From NCBI GenBank assembly GCA_947258645.1, contig CAMYJL010000001.1, forward strand, positions 1 through 42,728: DNA of 42,728 nucleotides, read 5' to 3'. The first letter of the stretch is position 1. Each line of letters begins with the position of its first letter. The notes under the pieces are model-generated. The model was not told where the DNA came from. It searched no databases and was given only the letters and a program-made list of their open reading frames with translations. Both the position numbers and the translations under genes were made by a program. The stretch comes from an uncultured Nitrospinota bacterium. GTDB taxonomy: Bacteria > UBA8248. Shown one piece after another: positions 26,074 through 34,480 of the stretch.

Positions 26074-27591
26074 ATGACAGACGGAAAAGAGCGGTTCGAC
26101 GTGGTGGTCGTGGGCTGCGGCAATGCGGCGCTCTGTACGGCCCTATCCGCCAAGGAGAACGGGGCGAATGTCCTCGTGCTGGAAAAAGCGCCGCAGGAGT
26201 GGCGCGGGGGTAATTCCTATTTTACGGGCGGGCTATTTCGCTTCGGATTCAACAGCGCTGAAGACATTTTCGATCTCGTCGGCGACCTATCCGAGCAGGA
26301 AAAAGCCGGGGTTGAGATCAAGCCCTACACCACCGACGATTTCTTCGACGACATGCTCCGCCTGACGGACAACATGACCGACGGCGATCTGGCGAACACG
26401 CTGATCTTCCAGTCGCTTCCGACCATGAAATGGCTCCGGACCAAAAACGTGCGATTTCTCATGGCTTCGGGTCGGCAGGCTTTCAAGGTCGGGGACAAGC
26501 TCCGCTTCTGGGGCGGTCTGATTTTAGAAGCGGTTGGCGGCGGCGTTGGTCTCGTGGACATGGAGATCGAACAGGCCGAAAAAGAAGGGATTGAGATCCG
26601 CTACGCCTCGAAGGCGACGCGCCTCCTGACCGATCGGATGGGAAAGATTACGGGTATCGAGGTTCGCGGCCCGGAAGGGCCTTATGAAATCGAGGCGGCG
26701 GCCGTGGTGATGGCGGCGGGCGGCTTTCAGGCGAACACCGAGATGCGCTGCCGCTATCTGGGCCCGGACTGGGAGCTCGCCAAGGTACGCGGCACCCCCT
26801 ACAACACGGGCGAAGGCATCCAGATGGCGCTTGATATCGGTGCACAGTCGCACGGCCACTGGAGCTCGTCTCACACCGTGCAGTGGGATATCTGCGCGCC
26901 TCCGTTCGGCGACCGAAAGGTAGGAGAGAGCTTCCAGAAGCACTCCTATCCCTTCGGCATCATCGTGAACATCAACGGTGAGCGCTTCGTGGATGAGGGC
27001 GCGGATTTTCGAAATTACACCTACGCCGAATACGGCCGGCGGGTGTTGAGACAGCCCAGCCGAACCGCTTGGCAGGTGTTCGATCAAAAATGCATCTCTC
27101 TCATGCGAGACGAATACCGTATCCGAGAGGTCACCAAGTGCAAGGCCGACACACTCGAGGATCTTGCCAAACAGATGGACATCGATTCCGAGGTCTTCGT
27201 GAATACCATGAAAGAGTACAACGCCGCTGTTCAGGACACGGAATTCAACCCGACGATTCTGGACGGCAAGAAAACAATGGGAATTGATCCCCCGAAGTCC
27301 AACTGGGCACAGCGGATCGACAAGCCGCCCTACGAAGCCTACGGCGTCACCGCCGGAATCACCTTCACTTTCGGCGGCCTCAAAACCCGGAACACGACAC
27401 AGGTCCTCGACACCGAGAACAATCCCATTCCGGGGCTTTACGCCTGCGGGGAGCTGATGGGTGGTTTGTTCTACTACAACTACCCGGGAGGATCGGGTCT
27501 CATGTCGGGCGCCGTATTTGGAAAGATCGCGGGTGAGAACGCCGCCAGGCACGCGGCGGACACTGAGAAAAATATCGGCCGGTCAAACTGA
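26074..27591 (+). CDS. FAD-dependent tricarballylate dehydrogenase TcuA-like flavoprotein
   Basis: FDVVVVGCGNAALCTALSAKENGANVLVLEKAPQEWRGGNSYFTGG and a C-terminal GLYACGE motif. No tcuB is adjacent. Confidence 0.7.
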   Translation: MTDGKERFDVVVVGCGNAALCTALSAKENGANVLVLEKAPQEWRGGNSYFTGGLFRFGFNSAEDIFDLVGDLSEQEKAGVEIKPYTTDDFFDDMLRLTDNMTDGDLANTLIFQSLPTMKWLRTKNVRFLMASGRQAFKVGDKLRFWGGLILEAVGGGVGLVDMEIEQAEKEGIEIRYASKATRLLTDRMGKITGIEVRGPEGPYEIEAAAVVMAAGGFQANTEMRCRYLGPDWELAKVRGTPYNTGEGIQMALDIGAQSHGHWSSSHTVQWDICAPPFGDRKVGESFQKHSYPFGIIVNINGERFVDEGADFRNYTYAEYGRRVLRQPSRTAWQVFDQKCISLMRDEYRIREVTKCKADTLEDLAKQMDIDSEVFVNTMKEYNAAVQDTEFNPTILDGKKTMGIDPPKSNWAQRIDKPPYEAYGVTAGITFTFGGLKTRNTTQVLDTENNPIPGLYACGELMGGLFYYNYPGGSGLMSGAVFGKIAGENAARHAADTEKNIGRSN

Positions 27592-27624
27592 AAAATTGAG
27601 GGCTCAGTCCTCTTTCCACCCCCG

Positions 27625-28057
27625 TCAAGGGACTCCAGCTCCCGAAAATCGGATCGCCATTCCCATTTCCTGGTATATTCCGGCGGCAACGGCGTGTTCG
27701 GCATGCGCCTCATCCGCCCGTCCCATCCGATTATGCAGCCAGCCCAGACCCTGGCGGCAATGGGCCGCCAGGGGGCGCATGTCAATCTCATCGGCCCGGG
27801 AAAGGGCCCGGCTATAGTGCACTTCCGCTTCCTCGTCGTTTGGGGAATCCAGGCCTGCATGAAGATCGCCGAGCAGCCGGAGGATCCAAGCCTCGTGTCC
27901 CCGCACACCGTGTTCTCGGGCGAGGTTCAGGGCGCGCCGGGCGATGATCGATGGCAACTCTGACCTTCTCCTCTCTGCCGGGGTCCGGCAACTCTTTCCA
28001 TGCCTCAAGCAGCAGATCCAAGGACTTCATCCTCGCGGTCCCCACCAGGCAAATCAA
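27625..28057 (-). pseudogene. decayed, frameshifted C-terminal fragment of a cyclase-STAND-TPR paralog
   Basis: Frame b KSLDLLLEAWKEL resembles ESLDLLEESVKKA. Frame a ARRALNLAREHGVRGHEAWILRLLGDLHA...PLAAHCRQGLGWLH resembles GERALVLSREHKERGNEGWALRLLGEIHS...PLVAHCRRGLWNLY of the 28248..31640 protein. About 15 residues are missing between the two pieces. Confidence 0.65.
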
Positions 28058-28212
28058 CGAAATTACAGACGTGAACGAGGAAAGTATATCCCGGGGTTAT
28101 TTAATTAAATTCACATTTTGCTGACTTGTCTAAAAACATGCACGAATCGTTATTTCCCCCTTAATTGGTCTCCCAGGACGAAAGCATACCGAAATTCCTA
28201 TCATTTATAATC

Positions 28213-28239
28213 AATGGGCTTGAGTTTTCGGGAGGCACA
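28213..28239. repeat. 27-nt repeat copy A (AATGGGCTTGAGTTTTCGGGAGGCACA)
   Basis: 25/27 identical to 33308..33334, same orientation. Lies just 3' of the large gene's stop. Part of it forms GGAGG-N7-CCTCC (28231..28247). Confidence 0.7.
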
Positions 28240-28247
28240 ATACCTCC

Positions 28248-31200
28248 TTACTCACTCTTTCCGAATTGCTCACCAACCTCTGCCATCGCCTCCTCCACCT
28301 TCTTCAGCCAGAAGGTCATCTCCATCGACCGGTACAATTCAACCGCTTGGGTGAGATGGTCCTGCGCTTCATCTTCTCGGTTCGTCTTCTGGTAGAGATT
28401 CCAGAGTCCCCTACGGCAGTGAGCCACGAGGGGGGGTCTCCCGAGTTCTTGGGCGAGGGAAAGTGCCTGAAGATAAAATTCTTCGGCCTTTCCGGGGTTC
28501 ATGAAGTCCGCGTGAGAGTGGATTTCGCCGAGAAGCCGGAGGGCCCACCCTTCGTTTCCCCGTTCTTTGTGCTCTCGGGAAAGAACAAGTGCACGCTCTC
28601 CGCATTCCATCGCTTTGTCATGTTTGCCGTCCTGGAGGTAAGCCCCGCCCAGCCATGTCACCTGGAGCGCCTGGAAGTTCATAAAATTCAGGGAATCCGC
28701 TTTCTTCACGGATTCTTCAAGGAGGTCAAGGCTTTCAGAGGAGGTCCCATGAGCAGACGACAGGGTGTAAGCATAGCCTAAGGCAGCCGCGGACCGTGGA
28801 GCGCGAATCGTGATATTTTCATCGCGGCAGACCTCAAGGCTGCGTTTGAGACTTTGGATGGCATTGTCGAATTCCCCCTTCCGGAGATGCAAAAATCCAA
28901 CGCTAAAATAGGCTACCGCCTGGCTAAACGCTTGTTTGGCCTTATCGGCAATCTGGACCCCCTCTTCTCCATAGGCGAGCCCTTCAGTGAATTTCCCCCC
29001 GGCGGAAAGGGACAACGCCAAAACACAGCGGGACAGAACAGAGGGCAGACCGGCCATGCCGAGCCGTTCATAGAGCAGGTCCCCTTCAAGTGTGCGCACG
29101 ACAACTTTGGCAAATTCTATCGCCCGTTCCAGGTCGCCTAGAGCGTGATAGGCCCTGGACAGGCGGTAATTCGTCAAGACCTTGAGATCCAGATCTCCGA
29201 AGCGCTCGAGCAAGCCCAGAATCCGCTCGCCCGAGGCAATGGCCTTGTCGGGCATGCCTGCCCGCCAGTAATAATTGCTCAAACAGCTCGAGACCTTCCC
29301 GAGTCGACCATGATCTTCCAGAGCCACCGAGAGGGTTTCAGCCTCGTGAAGATATTGGAGCATTCGATCGTTCTCCCCAAGGAGAAGGAGAGCGTTACGC
29401 AGGTCCAAACGGACATCAACGCCTTTCTCGAGCGTTTCACGCGTCTTGGGGAGGCGCTGAAGAGTGGCGAGCAATTGCTCAAAGTAATTCGCTGCATCTT
29501 GGTTGGCCGATCGCGCCATCGTCTTCTCGCCCGCCTGCTGCAAGTAGATCGACGCCTTGTCCCAGATTTCGCCATTGAATGTGTGATGGGCAAGTCTTTC
29601 GATATATTCATCCAATTGGTCGCCCGCCAATTTCTCCAAAGCCTCCGCAACTCGGCCATGGAGAGCGCGTCTTTTCTCATGAAGGAGGCTTCCGTAGGCG
29701 ACCTCGAGGGTGAGAGAGTGCTTGAATGTGTATTCCAGCTCGGGGAATAGGCTTGTCTCGTATAAAAATTCTGCAGCTTGCAAGTCCGAAAGACACCGGC
29801 ATAACTCATCCTCAGACAACTCGGAGACGGTCTGCAACAGAGAAAAGGACACGTTCTTGCCGATAATGGATGCGGTCTGGAGAAGACTTTTTTCTTGAGG
29901 TGGAAGCCGATCGATCCGAGCATCGATTAGTGAATGGACCGTGGCCGGCACCTTGATGGCAGGGAGCGCCTTCGTCAGGCGACGGCTACCCGGCTCACCC
30001 ATCAAGGCTCCTGTTTCCACTAAAGTACGGACGCTTTCCTCTAAAAACAATGGATTGCCTTGCGCCCGTTCAATGAGGAGGGAAAAAAGCGGTTCGAGGC
30101 TGGAATCATCCCCCAAAAGGTTCAGAAGAAGTTCCTCTGCGCTTTCGGGGGGCAGTGAGTCGAGCCGGAGCTGGGCATAGTAGGTTTTGTTCGCCCATTT
30201 GTGTTTGTAATTAGGGCGATAGTTGACCAAAAGGAGAAGACGGGCGGTCGGGATACTTTCAACGAGGGTGTCGAGCAGTTCTTGGGTTTCCAAATCGATC
30301 CAGTGAAGATCCTCAAAGATCAGAATCAAGGGTTGAACCTGGCTCTCCCGCAGAAAGAGGTGTTTCAAAGCATCCAGGGTACGTTTCTGGCGTTGATGGG
30401 GATCAATGGCTTTCCACGCCGGGTCCTCCACCGGCACCTCAAGGAGCTCAAAATAGGCCGGAAGGAAAGGGCCCAATGTTCCATCAAGCATGAAGATCTT
30501 CCCGGTTATCTTTTCCCGTATTCTTCGGGAATCATCAGGATCCTCAATCCCGAAGTAGGTCTTGAGAAGATTGATGACGGGAAGATACGCGGTGGCCATT
30601 CCGAATGAAACGGAGCCGCTTTCGAGCATAAACCACCCATCCACCCATTTTGAACGCGTAAATTCCCAGTAAAGGCGGGATTTGCCGACGCCGGCCTCCC
30701 CCACCACCGCCATGACCTGGCCGTTTCCCGCGCCAGCCTGATCGAGAGCCTCTTTGAGGGATGAGAGTTCATTTTGGCGCCCGACGAAACGGGCCAGCCC
30801 ACCCGTCGCGGTTGCTTGGAAGCGTGTCCGGGTGGGCGTGCCACCGACCAGCTCGAACACCTCCACGGGCTCGGCAATTCCCCTTACCGGTATCGGGCCA
30901 AGAGGTTCGACCCGGAGGAACCCCTCCGCCTGATGGAGGGTCTCGGCGGTCAAGCGAATGCTCCCAGGCGGAGCATGCTGTTCCATCCTCGCAGCCAAAT
31001 GTGTGGTCTGGCCGACAGCGGAGTAGTCCATGTCCAGATCGCTGCCAATGGAGCGGACAACCACCTCTCCGCTATTGAGTCCGACTCGAACTTGAACCTC
31101 CACCCCATGTGACCGGCGAACTTCGCTGCTATAGCTGCGAATGGCGCCCTGTATGGCAAGCGCGGCATAACAGGCTCGAAGCGCGTGATCCTCCATGGCC

Positions 31201-31640
31201 AGCGGTGCACCAAACAGCGCCATGATGCCGTCCCCCATCACCTGATTGACCATCCCTTCGTAGCGATGAACGGCCTCCATCATTCGCTCCAAAACCGGAT
31301 CGAGGAGATCCTTCGACTCCTCGGGATCCCGGTCGGCGAGGAACTCCATTGAACCCTTCATGTCGGCAAAGAGGACGGTTACGTGCTTGCGCTCGCCCTC
31401 TAGAGCCGCCTTTGAGGTCAGAATGCGCTCGGCCAGGTATTTGGGGGTGTAGGTGCCGGGGGAGCCAAAACGTATTTCCGGGTCGCTGATCGACGAAAGG
31501 TCCTGGCCGCACTGGTGACAGAACTTGTTGGAAGGGGAATTGGTGGTGCTGCAGGCGGGACAGACAACCTCGAGTTTCTTCCCGCACTCGCTGCAGAAGT
31601 TCACTCCATTCGGGTTCTCGTGGCCACAGCTGCATCGCAT
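28248..31640 (-). CDS. double zinc-ribbon / class III adenylate-guanylate cyclase / STAND P-loop NTPase (AAA_16-like) / TPR protein
   Basis: CSCGHENPNGVNFCSECG...CPAC...FCHQCG. Cyclase motifs VLFADMKGS, VMGDGIMALFGAP, GLNSGEVVV, GQTTHLAARME. Walker A GEAGVGKS and Walker B LILIFEDLHWID. About 450 aa of TPR-like repeats. ATG at 31640 has GAGG 6 nt upstream; the ORF is open from TTG 31676. Confidence 0.85.
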   Translation of the reverse strand: MRCSCGHENPNGVNFCSECGKKLEVVCPACSTTNSPSNKFCHQCGQDLSSISDPEIRFGSPGTYTPKYLAERILTSKAALEGERKHVTVLFADMKGSMEFLADRDPEESKDLLDPVLERMMEAVHRYEGMVNQVMGDGIMALFGAPLAMEDHALRACYAALAIQGAIRSYSSEVRRSHGVEVQVRVGLNSGEVVVRSIGSDLDMDYSAVGQTTHLAARMEQHAPPGSIRLTAETLHQAEGFLRVEPLGPIPVRGIAEPVEVFELVGGTPTRTRFQATATGGLARFVGRQNELSSLKEALDQAGAGNGQVMAVVGEAGVGKSRLYWEFTRSKWVDGWFMLESGSVSFGMATAYLPVINLLKTYFGIEDPDDSRRIREKITGKIFMLDGTLGPFLPAYFELLEVPVEDPAWKAIDPHQRQKRTLDALKHLFLRESQVQPLILIFEDLHWIDLETQELLDTLVESIPTARLLLLVNYRPNYKHKWANKTYYAQLRLDSLPPESAEELLLNLLGDDSSLEPLFSLLIERAQGNPLFLEESVRTLVETGALMGEPGSRRLTKALPAIKVPATVHSLIDARIDRLPPQEKSLLQTASIIGKNVSFSLLQTVSELSEDELCRCLSDLQAAEFLYETSLFPELEYTFKHSLTLEVAYGSLLHEKRRALHGRVAEALEKLAGDQLDEYIERLAHHTFNGEIWDKASIYLQQAGEKTMARSANQDAANYFEQLLATLQRLPKTRETLEKGVDVRLDLRNALLLLGENDRMLQYLHEAETLSVALEDHGRLGKVSSCLSNYYWRAGMPDKAIASGERILGLLERFGDLDLKVLTNYRLSRAYHALGDLERAIEFAKVVVRTLEGDLLYERLGMAGLPSVLSRCVLALSLSAGGKFTEGLAYGEEGVQIADKAKQAFSQAVAYFSVGFLHLRKGEFDNAIQSLKRSLEVCRDENITIRAPRSAAALGYAYTLSSAHGTSSESLDLLEESVKKADSLNFMNFQALQVTWLGGAYLQDGKHDKAMECGERALVLSREHKERGNEGWALRLLGEIHSHADFMNPGKAEEFYLQALSLAQELGRPPLVAHCRRGLWNLYQKTNREDEAQDHLTQAVELYRSMEMTFWLKKVEEAMAEVGEQFGKSE

Positions 31641-31935
31641 CTTGTGCCTCGACCCTTCTATTCGAATTTGTAGCAACTTACAATTGAATTTATATCATCA
31701 GAACAAAGCCTGCTCTCGTCAATAGCGTAAAGGGAAACCTCCGAAAAGCACATGCTCGGCCCAATTAACCGCCAAATCTGCGCGTTTTCAGCGGGACATT
31801 CTCGAGTGGCTTATTTAGATTTTATAAAGGGAGGCTCCCTCAAGGGAATATAACGGAATTTGAGAGGTATGTTATTTCTCGAAAGGTGAGGCAGATGACG
31901 CCGGTCGGGATTTCTCCGCCCCGCCTGGCCTCGTG

Positions 31936-33147
31936 CTAGGGAGTAGATGTGCGGGCGGCTGCTTCGATTTTCCTTTTAAGCGTCTCCATTCCCAGTTTGT
32001 TGGCCAGAGACTTGGCCTGATCGTGGGACGATATTCCTCGTTTCGGCTGAATTTTGTTCAGAAAATTGCCTAGATGATAATTGGCCCATGCTTTGTTTCC
32101 CTCTTCATTGTGATCTTCCGAAATTCTGATGGCACGGATGGCGGGCTGGATCGCTTTATCTAAATCTCCTTTTCTCTGATAAGCCTCACACAACCAAGCC
32201 AACTGTAGTGATTGAGAGTTCTTGAATCGCATGGAATCAGCCTTTTTTACCGCTTCCTCAAGAAGAGAAATTCCTTCGTTGATATTTCCGGACCCGGACC
32301 TGGCATATGCATACCCCAAAGCTGCGGCTGTTCGGGGGAGCCTAGTTGCGATGTTCTCCTCCTCGCAAATTTTATGAGACTTCTTGAGGTCATCAATGGC
32401 GCCCGGGAAGATATCTCTTCGAATGTTTAAGATTCCGCGGCCAAAATACGCCACGCAACGAGTGAACGGTTGGCTGGATGCATCGGCCTTCTTGATGGCT
32501 TCTTCCGCGATGGGATTCGCCTGGGTGAATTTACCAAGTTCGGCAAGAGACAATACCCTAACGGTACAGGCGAGAACGTAGGGAAGGCCGGCCAAGCCTA
32601 GGCGGTCATTGGCCCTGTTATTCCCTTTCGCCTCTAGCGTCTCCATGGCCTTCGCGGCGTTGTAATCCGCGTCTTCATATCTACCCAGTGCATGATATGC
32701 CCTGGAAATGCGGTAATCACTCAAAACTTCAAGGGAGGATTTCTTGAATGAACCCTCGACGGATTCGATGGATTGTTTGACCTCATTACCCGAATCCAGA
32801 GCGGATTGAGGTTGGCCGCTGCGCCAGAAATAGTTGCTCATATGACCAGAGATCTCGCCAAGCCGATTTTTATCATCGAGTTCCCGGGCAAATTCATCCG
32901 CTTCCCGAAGACACTTGAGGATTCGCCCAAATTCACCAAATGGAAGAAGCGCCGTGCGCAGATTTAACCGAATATCGATGGCCTGTTCCAGGTATTTAAT
33001 CTTTGTCTCAGGTTTCTTGGGGTCATACGTCAGTGCGTTCAGCGCCTGATCGTAACACTCTACAACTTCGCGGAGTGGGGACCTCGCAGCTGCATCCTTA
33101 CCCGCATCCTGCGAACTGGTGAAAACATGTTGCCAGTCAATAGGCAT
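31936..33147 (-). CDS. stand-alone TPR protein, paralog of the C-terminal about 440 aa of the cyclase-STAND-TPR protein
   Basis: IDIRLNLRTALLPFGEF...HMSNYFWRSGQP...RISRAYHALG...LGLAGLPYVL...PRTAALGYAY is collinear with the large protein from about residue 700. AGGAGA lies 7 nt before the ATG. Confidence 0.8.
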   Translation of the reverse strand: MPIDWQHVFTSSQDAGKDAAARSPLREVVECYDQALNALTYDPKKPETKIKYLEQAIDIRLNLRTALLPFGEFGRILKCLREADEFARELDDKNRLGEISGHMSNYFWRSGQPQSALDSGNEVKQSIESVEGSFKKSSLEVLSDYRISRAYHALGRYEDADYNAAKAMETLEAKGNNRANDRLGLAGLPYVLACTVRVLSLAELGKFTQANPIAEEAIKKADASSQPFTRCVAYFGRGILNIRRDIFPGAIDDLKKSHKICEEENIATRLPRTAAALGYAYARSGSGNINEGISLLEEAVKKADSMRFKNSQSLQLAWLCEAYQRKGDLDKAIQPAIRAIRISEDHNEEGNKAWANYHLGNFLNKIQPKRGISSHDQAKSLANKLGMETLKRKIEAAARTSTP

Positions 33148-33307
33148 GCCAAGGTCTCCTGGGGACCAAACTGACCATTATTTATTAATAAACTATATAT
33201 ATATCTAAAGGATGAAAAGGACAAACTGGAAGCCCGTCTTTCACAAAAACTCATCTGTCTTTTGACGTGCCCTCTGTGAATGGCGAATTGCTATTTCAGC
33301 CAATTTA

Positions 33308-33334
33308 AATGGACTCGAGTTTTCGGGAGGCACA
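33308..33334. repeat. 27-nt repeat copy B (AATGGACTCGAGTTTTCGGGAGGCACA)
   Basis: 25/27 identical to 28213..28239. Located in the 394-nt AT-rich spacer between the SDR gene and the TPR-only gene. Confidence 0.7.
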
Positions 33335-33541
33335 CCCTTCGTGGCTTCACCCATTGGGTGTTCCCCGCCAGCGGGCTGAAGGAATGATTAACTCTTTGAA
33401 ACATAACTCAAAAGAAGGTCACTCGGTGGGCAAATTGCAAATCTAAATGGGAAATGCGGGATTTAATGAGTCAATATATCCAGGGGTCCTGGAAAGGAAA
33501 TACCGGATAGATATGTTTTTTTTTGGCGCCAATGGGGCATC

Positions 33542-34480
33542 TTACGCCGTGGGGGCTGTTTTTGCGGATATTGCGGGCGTTTTGCCAAACCGCTCTCTCA
33601 TATAATCTTCCATCGGCCGGAGGCTGACTCCGAATGTGCTCTTCAGGGGCCCGGGGTCGCAAACGTTGTCCTCGCCCAGCATGGTGATTTGATCCTCGGT
33701 GAACGGCGGCTTGCCGGGCAGGAGGTTGAACAGCCTCGCCTGAAGCCGCGCAATTGACACCGGAAGATGCAGAAACATCCGCCGCTTTCCCATCGACGCG
33801 ACAAGAAGCCGCATTATTTCCTCGACAGAGTAGGCCTGATCGCCTCCCGTTTCATAGATCTGGCCGATCGTCTCGGGAAGCTCCAACGCCTTCGCGAAAC
33901 ACCTGGCGACATCTTCCACCCAGATGGGCTGAAGCTTCCCCTTTCCCGGCCCAATGATGGGAAGCGCGGGGGCGATGCGGGCGATGCCCGCAAACGTGTT
34001 CAAAAACTCGTCCTTCTCTCCGTATATGATTGACGGCCGGAAGATCGTCCAGTCCAGCCCGCTTTCGCGGACAATCTGCTCGGCGGCGAATTTCGTTTGA
34101 TGGTAGCGGGCAACAGCGTTTTCGCGCGTCCCGAGAGCGCTCATGTGAATGAAGCGCTTGAGCCCCGCCTGCTTCGCCGCTTCGACCATGCGGCGCGCGC
34201 CCTCGACGTGGACGGCGTCGAAGCCAGGTGTTCCCTTTTCTATGATGATGCCGACCAGATGAACCACCGCCTGACTCTTGGCCATCAGAGCGGCCAACAG
34301 GTCGATGGAAATGTTCGTGATGTCTCCCCGTACGGGATAAACGCCCGGAATCGTCGTGAGGTGTGCCTTGACCAGCTCGGGGTCGCGCGAAAGTGCGCGG
34401 CTCTCGTGGCCCGCCTCGGAGATCAGGCGAAGCACACTCTCGCCGACGTGGCCCGAGCCTCCCGTCACAAATACCTTCAT
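33542..34480 (-). CDS. NAD(P)-binding SDR / NmrA-like (complex I NDUFA9-like) protein
   Basis: MKVFVTGGSGHVG Rossmann motif, 312 aa; its start overlaps the truD stop by 4 nt. Confidence 0.75.
   Translation of the reverse strand: MKVFVTGGSGHVGESVLRLISEAGHESRALSRDPELVKAHLTTIPGVYPVRGDITNISIDLLAALMAKSQAVVHLVGIIIEKGTPGFDAVHVEGARRMVEAAKQAGLKRFIHMSALGTRENAVARYHQTKFAAEQIVRESGLDWTIFRPSIIYGEKDEFLNTFAGIARIAPALPIIGPGKGKLQPIWVEDVARCFAKALELPETIGQIYETGGDQAYSVEEIMRLLVASMGKRRMFLHLPVSIARLQARLFNLLPGKPPFTEDQITMLGEDNVCDPGPLKSTFGVSLRPMEDYMRERFGKTPAISAKTAPTA

Noticed and set aside
27639-27650. Third occurrence of the TTTTCGGGAG core of the 27-nt repeat, in reverse orientation.
   Set aside because: Only about 10 nt are shared, the orientation is opposite, and it lies inside the pseudogene's reading frame. 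It is compatible with chance.
27592-33541. Island as a bona fide mobile element or prophage remnant.
   Set aside because: No integrase, transposase, tRNA target or terminal inverted or direct repeats flank the whole region. Only compositional and paralog evidence exists.
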